A DNA stretch of 64,000 nt from Yuukianura sp. NJ FZ-2021 (taxonomy: Eukaryota), in contig CM102290.1 in NCBI GenBank assembly GCA_046563655.1, positions 9,920,001-9,984,000 of the forward strand. The letters run 5' to 3'. The notes under the pieces are model-generated. The model did not search any database and was not told the DNA's origin. It was given only the letters and a program-made list of their open reading frames with translations. Positions 1 through 12,986 of the stretch are shown here, piece after piece (the first letter of the stretch is position 1; the number at the start of each line of letters is the position of its first letter). The translations under genes and the position numbers were made by a program.

Positions 1-1259
1 GGTGCTGACACGAGTCAGGACTAAAAGAAAGAAACATTTTCTTTGACTTTTTGAATTATGTATAAATGTGATTTTTGGTTTGATTTGAACAAGAGCAGAG
101 CTGTCGAGGTTGTTGATTGTTTGGCTAATTGGACTCTGTCTTACGTCTGGACAGAGAGTGATTGACATGCGCGTGTGCCACGCAGAGCCCATCGAAACTT
201 TAACTGTTACTACCATTGCAGTTCTAACTTTTACGGCGTTCTAGGTCAAAATTCCCTAAATTTAGTTCTAAAAATCCCAAAAATGTTAAAAGTAGCCTTC
301 GAAATCAAGTGTTTCTCAGCGGATTTTGATTTGTCGAAAGATTTTTGAGCAAAAGCGTTTTCCGGCTAGCTTATTTTTCGACTAAACTATGTTTTGGTGA
401 AAGTGAGTGTAAGAGAAAGTAATTTTTGGCAAAGTGCTTTCTCGGTTAGGTTACCTCACATAACGAAAGTGTTGGAAATGCGTTTCTCGGGAAAGGGGTG
501 CCCGACCTGGGGTGGGGGGTTCCAGGTAGGCCGGGGGAGGGTGTTTTCCAGGTCGGGACGGGGGAGGGGGTGATGATAATAATTCGAAGTGGTTTTGCGA
601 AGTCGTTTGAACTTTCCTCCTGGTCGTGTGGCTGAAATGGGATGGATGATGGGGTGATGGGAGTTGTTTTGGGCCTTAATTCGGGGCGATGCGGGGGACA
701 CAAGGTAGCGAGAGCGTGTTCCTTGGAGCACATTGGTATTCAGGGCGCGGCTGGTGGAGCGGGAAAGTTAAAAAGTCTCGTTGGCTCCTCGGCTTTTCAT
801 CCCTCCTTATCCTTCCTAATATTTCATATGCACGACGTTATTTTTGGGTTGCCGCTAGCAATACTATTTACATATTTTTCACATTGTGTCCTCCAAAAAC
901 TGCTCCCCTTTATTTTTTGGGACATCATAGTAATGCATTTTAACGTCCTTTATCATTCATTGCAGCATCTCATAACTCCCATTCCACCACCACCACCAAG
1001 TAAATATTTGGACGCAAAAAGAAAAGAGCTTCAGAGACAATGGGACACATAAAGGCTACTCCGCACTTTCGCTTCCCAGGCACACCCTTCCCCAATAAAC
1101 AATCATCTCCTCAACTTTCACTCTGCACCACCCCATCAACATCATCACTAACCCCGCATCACTCACCTTACACCCACGCAACACGCTCAACATCCACACC
1201 ATAACATAATGCAACCAAAACTTAATCATTCCCTAACCTTATCCAGCTATAACGTTATC

Positions 1260-1625
1260 TAATCCTGACATTGTGCAACTTTTTTAAATTAAAATTTTCA
1301 GTTAAGCACATTATGCAGTTCAAATACCTTTAAATCCTACGCACCCATTTCGAATTCTAACATCTTGAATTCTAATATCATTTAGTGCGAACATCGTTGG
1401 ATTGTAACACGTTTGAATTTTGACATAATTAAATGCCGATATCGTTCAATTTTAACCTGATTTAATCCTGGCATTGTTAACACCTACTCCAGCACCATTC
1501 AATCCTAAATTCATTGAATCCGGACATCCTTTAATAGTGAAAACGTTGAATCGTGACGTCATTGCATTCTAACGCAATCCAATCCTAACTTCCTTTAATT
1601 CAAACATCCTAACATTAATTAACCA
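1260..1625. repeat. Degenerate 16-bp minisatellite (consensus ~GAATTCTAACATCGTT)
   Basis: Successive units gaattctaatatcatt / tagtgcgaacatcgtt / ggattgtaacacgttt / gaattttgacataatt / aaatgccgatatcgtt / caattttaacctgatt. Confidence 0.75.
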
Positions 1626-4600
1626 TAGTTTAACCTATCCCTTCAAAGCGGCGCAGAATAAAACATCCAACTTCAAATCCACTGATGGAATTGTACGGGG
1701 TTTAAACAAAACTAAAGTTTCTCTAAACAATACGCGAAAACTTTTATCTCACATGCAAAAATTTTTCGCGCAAAAAGTTTGAAAGTGCAAGAAAGTTGGA
1801 AGACAAGACACAAGGAGGAAAACTCATGAAATTTAATTCACGTAGAACCATTCTCTGTGAAAGTACGAAGTAAAAGCAGAGAGAAAAATGGAAAAACAGA
1901 AAAGTTTGAAAGTTGGCGGAGACTCAGCAGCACTTTTTGCGTCTCCCTTTTTTTATATGTGTTCTGTTTGCTTGTATTCTTTTGAGTTGGGCGGAGTTGC
2001 ATTAGATTTTAAAACAAAAGGGGCTACTCCTGCCTGTATTTTTGTGAAATGGATGTGGACCATTTCGGAGGTTTGACTCCAGTTGTGAAATGGATGTGAC
2101 TGCTGGAAGTGAAAGTGTTCAGGATCTTTTTAGGATATTTTATTGACTGTGTCCACTGGTCCTGTAGGGTGGGACACTTCTTGCAGTAGGTGTGAAGCCG
2201 AGACCTGATTTACGACTCTCTCTCCATCTGGCTCGGCCACTGTCCATACTTCACACTCCGCCATAACTCAATGCGTCTTCCCCTTCAAATTGAAACTTTA
2301 ACCAATTGACTCAGCCTCCAAAAACAAAACGTAGAAGCAGCATCCACGCCATGGTTACCTGCTTGGTTACAATTGTTATTAAAATTTAGCTAATTACTGG
2401 CAAGAGTGGAAGGAAATCGAGAGAAGGAGAAAGTTTCACCCTCAAATGACGGGTTGTTGCTCACCTACCAACAAGCACAACAACAGCTAACGACTAGAGA
2501 AAGCCAAAAACCACCCTAACTTCAGTCGGAGAAAGCGGAATTCCACCCCCACGAAACAAACAAAACAAGGGAAAACCGACCCTCGCAAAACTTCACCTCA
2601 CTCCCACCACCCACAAACAACAACACAAAATGAGCGAAACAACTTTCACCCCTCAACTCCAGCTCATTCACTCACAAAACTTAAGAAAAACTTATGTAAA
2701 AACACAACAAAACTCAACAGAATATGTAGAAACACACAACAAAAGATGACAACCCATGTAAAAACACAACAAAATAATTGCCCAACGTTTTGAATTTTGT
2801 GGGATCATTTATGAATACGAACTTCGGTTTTTACTTTTTAGCAGGATTTTCCTTTGACGCCAAAAATTCGAAAATAATCCGAAATTGATTTGTTGACTCT
2901 GGGTTTAGTTTGACTTGTTTTTTCTAGTTTTGCGACCGATTTCGCCATGCAATCAGAGAAAAGTTAAAAGCGCTTTGTGTGGGGTTAGCGCTTGAGCTGA
3001 ATTCGGTTAGGAGCTAATGAAGTGCAGAGTCCAGTTGGTTTGGAGATAAGCGACGAGAGTAATGTTCTGTACAGTCAATACTGCTTCAAGTGTTTCCATT
3101 TGGGAAGTTGACTGATGAAAGGCGTCAAGGGGAAGTGGAGAAAGTCCCATTCCTCGTTCGAACAAAACTACTTTCTCCACTCCCCCCTGCCCCTCTGGCC
3201 GGGTGAGAGGTGGGGGCGGGGGATCTATTGAGAGCTTATGGGTCCAATTGTTCTTTTTCTAAACGTTTCTTGGCCCTTTCAGCCCCATTCGTTCCCATAA
3301 CTCAACCCAAACCCATCCGTCCTCAAACCCACTTTCACATTTTCACTGCTCATCGGACAGCGAATTATGGGAGAAAGCACCTTCTCCATGGAGTGGGCAA
3401 AAGACGGGACAAAATCATTGAGCCACTTCCTTCCTTAATGCTCCCCCACAAATCACAACAACTTCCAACACCATAATACTCAATCCTACAATGCACGAAT
3501 TTCGTTAGACGGCTGACGAAGTTCTTAAGGAACACAAAACATCTTCGAATTTAGGTGAATTTCAGAAGTATTTCAGAATAAATAGAATTCAGAAATATTT
3601 GTTACGATTACTGTATTCTGTTTTAATTTGAATCTTGGTTGAATTTGGAAGACATTGCCAGACGGCTTGTCAAATTTCAGAAACGGTGAAAATTTTGCTC
3701 GAATTTGAGAAACTACATCAGAACTCTGGTTCTATTCTAGACGCAGAGTTCTGGATAATTTGAAATTTTAGAATTATATAAGATTTCAGAAACCACAATT
3801 CCCCTTGGTTTCTGAAGTTCTTTTCAGAATTCCGGCCGAATTTCAGAAATTCTAGCTTTAGTTGAGCAGGGTTCAAGTATTGGCAAAGTACGCGTGAAGG
3901 CAAAGGTTGCTGTTTTGCAAACTGTGATATTCTAATGCAGGTCAAAAGCTGCAACCAGGAGAGGAGAAAAGCGTCTTGAGGAGGGAACCGAGCTCTGGAC
4001 AGGAGAAAGTGGGAGACGTTATCAGGCTAATTCTAGTTGAGGATAAGAGGTCGACGGAAGGGAGAAGCGATCCCCCGAGTCCTATTCAAATAAAAGTCGG
4101 AAGCCCCCATTCCTCTCATTTACTTCCCGTTAACGGCCCGGGAACTCTCAATATAATGAGAGAAGGGATCCTTGATCTGGCCCTTCCTTCCTTAAAATTC
4201 ACAACCGCACTTCCTCAACTCTCTCTTCCCAAAATCCAAAAAAGAGTTAAGAGGACCCCCCAACTAATTACATCCCTCCAGTACCCACCCACCCCTCAAA
4301 CAACAAGCCAACCCACCCCCTCACCCTCAAACAACACACCACCCTCTCCAAATACATGCCCAGCCATCCGACAAGCTAAGAAGTTATCCAGACCCCGAAA
4401 AGAATGCAATTTCCTGGATAGCCATCTCCAATCTCAGTCGAAGGAGGGGGGGACTTCAGGGGGTGGCTGCATCCCCACCACTGTGCTGCATAATCCCTGT
4501 CTCCCGTATCTCTAGCGGACATTCGAAGGGACCCTGATTTATGGCCTTGCCTCAAAGTGGGGCCACCGTTTCCCCTTTCTCCCGCCTGTCACCATTAACA

Positions 4601-7600
4601 GTCAGTCTACCGTCCGCTCCGCTTTCAAAAACTCGCAGCAAAACGCTGTCACCTTATTAACATCCCTACCTTAACGGCCCCCCGCCCCCTAAAGATTCTT
4701 CTTTATGGGTTATTGGTCCAGCCGTAATCAGGGGCTGTGTAACCAGGGGGTTCTAAATCATGGTGCAGAATGGGCCTAGAAGATACTTTGCAGGAAGCGG
4801 AAGAATTGAATTCACAAAGAATCCAAGGCGACAGATGGAATGCAGATGCTGGACTGGACCAGTTTTTAATGGCCTCTGAATAACAGTAAAGAAGAAGAGC
4901 CAAAAGAGCGGCGGAAGAAGGGACAAGAAGCGACCCAGGGGCTTTCTGGTCCAACTGAACAATTCCAAAAAGAGCCAGAAATCCCCACCAGAGTGGACCA
5001 TTAGATGGGGGCATTTGGCGACCGTGGGTGCAGACTCAGCAAAGTCTTTTAATACTAAAAAATACTATCCAATACTCCCACTTACCCCCCAAAAGAAAGA
5101 AACTGAACCCAAAGGAAGCGACAAAGCAGCCAACAATTTCTTTTCCCTTGTCCACCCTCCCCCCTCCCCCAAGCACACCCACAAATTACACCCAACACGC
5201 CAACAATATACATCAACTTTCTCCAAAGTTTCTTCCAAAGAAACATGGACCCATAAGCATTACTTCAGCACTATTTCCGGAGGGCGTCATTTTCTCAACA
5301 AATTCATTTTACCCATCTTCAACTCTCTGCAAAACTCACTGGACACAAATTCATCCAGAGTCACATCTCTCACACAGGGTAATGCAATAGTAACACAATT
5401 TTTTCCATCCAATAATTCACATACTACAAATTACATCAACAGTTATTTCTTTCAAAAAATTGCCCCACCCGCTAATTCATGCGCCCCAAGTAATTGCATC
5501 AAAAATTAAACGAGCACAAAAAATACGAACAACACAAACGTAGGCAATGTATTCATATCTGGAAGGAATGCGATGCCATTAACATGAAATATATAAACGG
5601 AAAACACTCAAAATGTAGGTTTTACTTTAATTACACTAATATTATATGCATTTTTGACTTGCGTTTTCTGATTATGTAATTTCATTGCTAATTGTATTAT
5701 AAAGTACGTGTTTGTTAATTTATGACGGTTTTCGGCTATGTAATACTTTGAATGTAATGGTAGAAATCCTTTCGCTGCGTAAATTACCACAAAACCAGTT
5801 CCCTCCTCACACAATGCTTTCTCAAGCATTTTATGTGTAAAACTTTGATGTTGTTTACAAGCAACCCTGAGTGTTCAAGTTCAAACTTAAAACAAAAGTA
5901 GAACTAGCCATTCGGAACAGTTTTGATTGCAAAAGTAGATTTTTCCCTGGAGGTCAATTCCCATCCTTGGAGAAAAAGAGAGGGAAAGCCAAAGTGAGTT
6001 TGAAAAGAAAGCGGCGATTAGGAGTCTAATTGCTTTACTTTCCCCAGGTGAGTAGAGGTCAATCAAGCTAAACCTAACTTTTCAAACTCCACTTTCTCTC
6101 CTACCCGGGTTTCTCCGTTTTTTCGGATTTTATCCTCGACTCAAAAAAAAATCGAAAAGAAGAGAGTAGTGTGAGGGGTTGTTGGATTGGGCTCATTAAT
6201 CTCGTCCGTTTGTGGTGACACTATCTGGACAAGGGCCTCTCTCCACTCTCCACTTGAACGCTTCCCCGTTACAGTCTCAGAGAACTCAACAGACAAAAGG
6301 CGGTCAACTTCAATCCTTCTACGATATAAAGGTTCCCTTTCAAAATACAAAAAAAAGCGGGAGAAAAAATATCCGATTTAAAAAAAACGAAAAAGAAAGA
6401 AGCACAAAACGACTTTTAACTCGTAAGGACAACTTTGTTTAAAAAAACGACCTTAACCAGATAAACCCCGTGAAAGAAAAACTACACTGCCTCCACTCAA
6501 CCAGATTTCCAAATATAAACACCAAGAAAAAGTTTTTTCGAAAATATTTAGTAATTTTCAAAATAAAACTAATGAACTATTGGTAGACAGAGAAAAATTA
6601 GTTGAAATTATAGGTGTCGCACCGTTTAAATTTCCTTTCGCCATTTCAATTTTTCCATTACTCCAATCATATCCTCGAACAAGCTAGCCTAATAACATGA
6701 AACTTTTGTTCAAATTTGCAGAGTCAGGGAAACTGGAGGCAGAGAAAACAGAGTTGGGCAGCCAGGAGTCAATTAGAGAGAGAGGTGGGCTCAATTGATT
6801 AGTTTCGTTTCTAATTGGATTTGTCTCTTGTAGCCTAGGCGTGTGACCCCACTGGGGTGCTGTGTGACCCCGGTGGGGTTCCGTATGCCTTTCTTGGGGT
6901 CCACTGTGTCATCGTATGTGTGGCTACCTCGTTAATTAATTGCACTCTCTCCGCCCATGATTATTATTATTATTGCTAATAACAGGGTAGGATGATAGTT
7001 TCAGTAGCGTTTCGGACAGCAAACAAAAGCGTTCACTCGGCGTTAATTGCCTCAGCAGTTGTAGCGGTGCGGCACCTAACCTTAAAACTCCTGCCACTTC
7101 TAAATCCACCGCCTCACACCTAACGAGCTCCAGCGCCTCCTTTCAAGATGTGGTCTCACGTAAGGTAAACAATCCCACACTTAATTGCATCTCTCTCCCT
7201 TTCCCATGCACACCATAGGTTAGGTTAGGTTCCAGAAGAAGGCAGTTTACTCGCCCGGAAAAATATGCAGGCTCCGCTTGGCCCAATCAACGGAGTTTTT
7301 TTTTTGGCGGGCGGGTTTGAAAAAAAAAGTAAAAAGGAAAAAGAGAAAGTAAATATAGGCAGAGACGCTGTGAGAAGAACAGTGAGTTATTGGAGTCTGT
7401 TCCTAATTTCAATGAGAATCGAAGGAAGGCGGTGGTGGAGAAAGTAGACGCGGAGCATACTAAAAATCAGGAAATCAGACGAAGAAAGGATCACACCTCA
7501 TTCTTTCCAAATTCAAAAAAAAAGTTTAAGAAAAAACTCAAAAAAAGTGACACTCTGATTTCATCCAAAAAGAAATGCACAAGATGGGCAGAGGGATTTA

Positions 7601-10600
7601 AAAAAAAAACAAAAACAAAAACCGCAACTCATAAAATGCCACCATTTAAGTTTTCAAAAAATGCACCCAACGGTAGAGTATGGTAAAAGTCAGTCAAGCT
7701 AAAAAAAAGAGTTAAAAAATCTGCATCTTTTCCGTTTTTTGTATTTTTTGGTTTCGTGGATGGAGTAACTATTCAACGAAAAAAGAAAGATATTTGCTAC
7801 TAGGTCCGTGGAGGGAGTAACTAATATTCACAAAAAACGAAGAGATAGTTGCTAGTTCGTTGAGGCGAAAACTAAACTCTTTCCCTGTCTCTTCTGCTCT
7901 TGTCTGTGTTTTAGTCTCTCCTGTAGAAATTAAATTCATTTTAAAAGGGATACCCTCCTTCTCTGCTGCTCTTTTACTTTCTCCACTTTTTTAAAAACCC
8001 ACTCGCTACTTTTCTTTTTCCAAAAAATCCCACTCTCTCCTACTATCTCTCTCCTGCCGTAAGACTAACAAACTCCACCTTTTTCAAATGATAATTTTTA
8101 TGGTTAGACTCACTGAGAATAATAAATTCGGATGCACGGAAGAAAGCGAACTTTCTCTAGAATCGTAACTTTTCTCCTGATTTCCACCCGAGGAATTAAA
8201 GACGGCAACTTTCTTCTTTTTGCTACAAAAAAAAAAACCGAAAGTTGCTTTTCCTTTTCGTGTCGCCTATTAAGTTAAAATCTCAAAAATCATAATTATT
8301 GAAACTGCTCGTTTTCAACTCCAAAACTACCTTTTCTGAATTTGTGAGTTGGAAAAGGAGTTTGATGTGTTTGCAATTTTTACAGACTTAAAATCCCATT
8401 CCAAGTCTTTCCTCTTTTTTAATTATCAAAAAGATGAAGCAGCAAGCACCCATCCAAGACACCAAAAATTTCTTGTCGACTATTCAATTTTTTTTCGCGT
8501 TAACTTTTTCTTGCCGCTTCTTCTTCTCTCGATTTTTAATGATGCCAATATTTTGAGGAGCTGGAGCTAGAAGTCCGGGACAGGTCATTAGACTTTACGC
8601 TGAGCAATAAATTGTATGGCGGCAGATGGATTCTCAATAGCCTCCCATTTTTCTTTTTTAAAAGTTTCAAATAAACACTTTCTCCGCGCCTCCAACACCT
8701 TCGTCTGCCCACTGCCCACTCCTTGAGCTCTCCTAGCCATTTATTTCAATATTTCTCACAAAATTCCTATAGATCACACCCTCCGCTCTCCCCACTTCAA
8801 TTTCATTACTTTTTCACAACTTTCAATTCTCCCACTGCAAACAGCTTCACCATTTCACTGTCTCTACAATAAAACCATATTATATTATTCCAAACACATA
8901 TTTTAGGAAAACATATTCCGACATTCTTTGGAATCACAATTCAAAGTCACACCAATCCCAAAACTAATCTAAGAAAAGCAGTCGAATTCAAAAACTAAAT
9001 GAAGAGAAAAGAAAGACAAACTCGCGAAAAGTAAAAATGACGAAACTAAAGAAGTGAAAAAATTACGAGACTAAATAAACAAAAAAAATTGGAAACCGGT
9101 CAGATTTTGTATCGAAAATCGGAGAAATGCAAAAACGAATAATTGTTTTAGAGTTGGTCTAAAACAGTTAAGCTGCATGTTTTAGTTCAAAACTGAAAAA
9201 ACGACCAAACTAAATGAATAATTATCGAAAACAAGTTTTGCTAAAAAAAATCCAGTTATGACGAAATCGGATGAAATTTGAAACTGACGCTTCAAAAAAA
9301 AGCTACAAAAAAGAAAATGTTGGAAACTGAAAAAGGAAACATGAATATTTTGTTTGAGAAATATAGGAATGGCGAAATTGGATTAAATTTGTGATGGGTC
9401 GTGGTGTTTTTGAGTGGAGAAAGTGAGTCTAATTAACGAAGAGTAGAGTGGGAGATGACTCATGTTTGTTCGTTTCGGGGAGAGGAACGGAGTGAGTGGG
9501 AGAGTGTTGGGGGGTGAGACAACAACCCCCTGCCCAAACAACAACAAAGTGAAACAAAAACAGAGGAGTTTAATCCTTGGCGGGGCAGAGAGTGGTGGCT
9601 CATGTTAGACCCACCATCCAATTCCATTCCGTTTTTGTTTATGGAAGCCAAACAAGGGAGAAGGGAGGCCATTTCAGCCCAAAAATAAACAACGACTGTT
9701 TTCTTTCAGACTCCGAACAGGATGCAATCTAAACAAAAGTCCACCAGGACTCAGCCCAATTCAAACCAAAACTCCCGCCATTTTCAAACTACGCCAAACT
9801 CACTTCGCCACGACTCCCAATTACACAAATAAAATCCAACTCCCCACCACCCTAATTATTTTCTCATTCAAATCACCACCTCCCCAAGCAGCGTGACCTT
9901 TGACCTCAAACTTTTACAAGTCAGCACACCCTTGCTTGAAAATTCGAAAGTTAGATACAAAAGATAACATTACTGAACCGAACAAATTTTATGCAAAATT
10001 ATGTTTTGAAAAATTAAAAAAAAATCTTTAGTCTTTAAGTTTCACCCAAATATGTTTACAAATTTATCTCAAATCTAAAATAAAACTTTTAAAAGAAATG
10101 TATTTTTTTTATCAAACGTTGTTCATATATAAACTGGAAAAAAAAAGAGATTTTGAGCATTCCGCAATTTATAAAAAATTGCGAAAATAAAATAAGGCAT
10201 TCTTTTTTGGACAACAATAATAAATTTTCAGATTAATTTTTTTTTGCTCTACTTGAGAAATCGATAACGAAATTCCTCATTTTGGAATTGAAACGGAACG
10301 ATATCAATTTCCCAGACTTTCTCCAGCGGAAAAAGTTTGAACTTTTTTTATTTTATTTTCGCAATTGAATTAGCGTTGTTACATTCAAACTAGTTATAAT
10401 GCAGAGTAGGATAGGGTGATTTTTTTTTACCAGAGTCTGGGAACTCTCCCACGGCATATAGTAACTCCCGTATAACTTAATTAGGCTTTACACAAGGGTA
10501 GAAGTCCACTGGCCCATCCACACTCACAGATTCCATGAAATCTTGGAGAGTTAGGGTACAAACCCTACCATTTTCTAGACTTTCTAATGCTAGGTTAGGT

Positions 10601-10952
10601 TCTCAGTTCCCTCCAAAAAAAATCAAAAACTTTTTTAGAAAAAAAAACTTTTACCCGTTTTTTTTTTAAAAATACTTTTTTTTTCGAAGTTATCCAAAGT
10701 GACCTCTGCTCTTTTCCCTTTGCTTTCACTCGGGAAAAAAGAAAAAAGAAAGGGTTTTGGCTGTCACCCTTTCCCTATGAAACGGTCGGATCGAGAAACT
10801 TCTAAATAAATTCCTATTGACAGACGGAAGAAAGGGATGAGGAAGTTGACAAATCTTGGAAGAAGTGAAGCGGAAAAGGGCTCCGTGAGAGTGGGTGGCA
10901 GAGAACTTCGGATTTCGGAATAAGGTGTTTCCCCAAATTCGGGAACGTGGGG

Positions 10953-11512
10953 CAGGCCCTTTTCGATTACACAAAAAAAGTAATCGATTACATATTATTA
11001 AATTATATTAAATTCTGTAATCAATTACTGTGTTTGATTATGATTACTCCGGTCTGTAATCGAAATCGAAAGTTTTAATTTGTAATCGTATTCCCTTAGA
11101 GTTTCGATAACTCTGAGTTCGATTACATTTTAGCTGCTCAAGTATGACCGAAAAGATCTCGGACATACTCTGTGTTCTCTTAAAACGTTACAATCCCGCT
11201 GCAAAATATATTAACTCAAGTTTCAATCTAAATAACAATTATTCTCGTAAATTCCGATATAGAATTTTTATGTTTGACATGTTTAGAATGGGTTATTGAC
11301 GAATTTGTGCTTTAAAGTTTGTGATCGTGTAATCGAAAATTTTCTAAGTTCGATTACCATTATGATTACGAGACCAAATTTTTTATTAATTGATTGCAAC
11401 CCTCGGTTACGATTAAAAATTATAAAAAAAATAGTAAACTAGTAAATTTGCAATTTGTAATCGCAATCCTTGTAATCGGGTAATCGAAACCGCTGTAATC
11501 GAAAAGGGCCTG
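10953..11512. mobile_element. Non-autonomous hAT-like MITE, 560 bp
   Basis: Perfect 19-bp TIRs CAGGCCCTTTTCGATTACA (10953-10971) / TGTAATCGAAAAGGGCCTG (11494-11512); 8-bp TSD ACGTGGGG / GCGTGGGG (7/8); many subterminal GTAATCG/CGATTAC repeats; CAG terminus plus 8-bp TSD is typical of hAT. Confidence 0.9.
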
Positions 11513-12872
11513 GCGTGGGGAAGTGGGTGAAAAATAAAGATAAAAGAGGTTCGACATCTTTTGGCTGAAGAAAGACCGGGTCTAGGGGCAGTGGAGGTTC
11601 TCATGATGGGGAAATGTGAGGAAATGATTGGGAAGTGCGAGAAACCCCGATTGGGAAATTGTGGGGAAGTGCGGGGGAATGAGCGGGAAAAGAAAGAAGT
11701 AAAGGGTTGCAAATTTTGGGAAACGAAGAGGGGAGTGGGGGGTTCGGAATAGTGTTTTCTCCCCGATTGGGAGTGTGGGGGAGTGAGTGGGAAAAGAAAG
11801 AGAAAAGAGGATTGTGACTTTGGGAATTAATTCCGTCCTCTACAAAAACCTTACAAGGTGAGAGTGGCTGAAGATCCATTTGTCTCTGAAGCCATTCCAT
11901 TAATTAGAAGGGCCTCCTCCCATGTACATCTTCGAACAGAAGTCAAAGTGAGGGAAAAGACAAAAGATGAAAAATTGGGCTTCAGTTCTAATTATAACTT
12001 TTGGTTGGAGAAAGCGAGAGGAATTACTTCTCATTAACCTATGGAAAACACAACGTAGTGGAAGGCGCCAAAAATTAAGATCTTCAAACTTTTGTCTCAC
12101 TTTCCCTTGACAGGCCAAAGTGTCACTCTCCCCTCAGCCACTTAAGGTGAAGAGTCACTCACACAAACGACGACTACATTCATCTCACTCAAATCCAACA
12201 ACTCCACTATTCTCTCCAATTATCACACGCTCCTCTTCTAAACAAAGTTTCCAGCGCTCAAGGTTTTTTTAACTTCTGAAAAAAACATTCCAAAAAATCC
12301 ATTACCACTTTGTACTAATGACTCCGAACTGCCGACATCTGAACCTATTCCATTCTTCATCGATGTTATAAGCCGACATTTGACCTCGCAAATTAATACT
12401 AAACCCCCTCGAAAACTGAAATTCCTAAGTACACATCTGACATAGCGTATAACAAACGATCCCCTAAAATGCCTGATATTTGGAACATCACGAATAAACG
12501 GTCTAAAAAATCGATGAGTAAAAATTGCCGACAGAAGAAATACTAAACCATTGAAATCTTGCAAAAATGGTATAAAATCCTGAGAACAAAAAGATACCGA
12601 CAGCTAAATCTTTCGAAATGAACAAAAACTGAAGAATTTGATTGAACAGAGAAAAATATTATAAATGTGTTGATTGAGTGAAAAATGCCGACAGATGAAA
12701 TAAAAAACTTCAAAATGCAGGACAATCAAAATTTTCCATTAAAAAACGACGACATATGAAAACCGTTGAAGTGAGTAAAATATGTCGACGGATAAAATCA
12801 AAACCTTCAAACTCGGCACCGAGTATAAAATGCCGACTTCTATATAAAAAGAGAAAGTATTCTTGTGCGTAC

Positions 12873-12986
12873 CTGGTCATTATCATCGTAGTCATAGCAA
12901 CTGTCGGCAGGTGAGTTGGCAGCCGAGGGTCGTCTGGAGAGGTTGATTGCTCCGCCGCACTCTGCATCCGAATCCATCATTCCATC
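12873..12986 (-). CDS. Isolated 114-nt symmetric (phase 0/0) coding exon, FoxP-like N-terminal peptide
   Basis: Clean AG/GT boundaries, open frame, GC-richer than flanks, contains tandem ATG ATG (MM) that may be the conserved start; missed by the ORF track in this frame. Confidence 0.75.

Noticed and set aside
1..40. Minus-strand acceptor (TTTCTTTTAG at 30-21) as the next FoxP exon
   Set aside because: In phase 0 it reads TCC TGA (stop), and only 20 nt are visible; cannot be supported.
7217..7232. TTAGG repeats (also near 18200, 21785, 35844, 45492) as interstitial telomere
   Set aside because: Only 2-3 units each; at most a weak hint of an arthropod-type genome.
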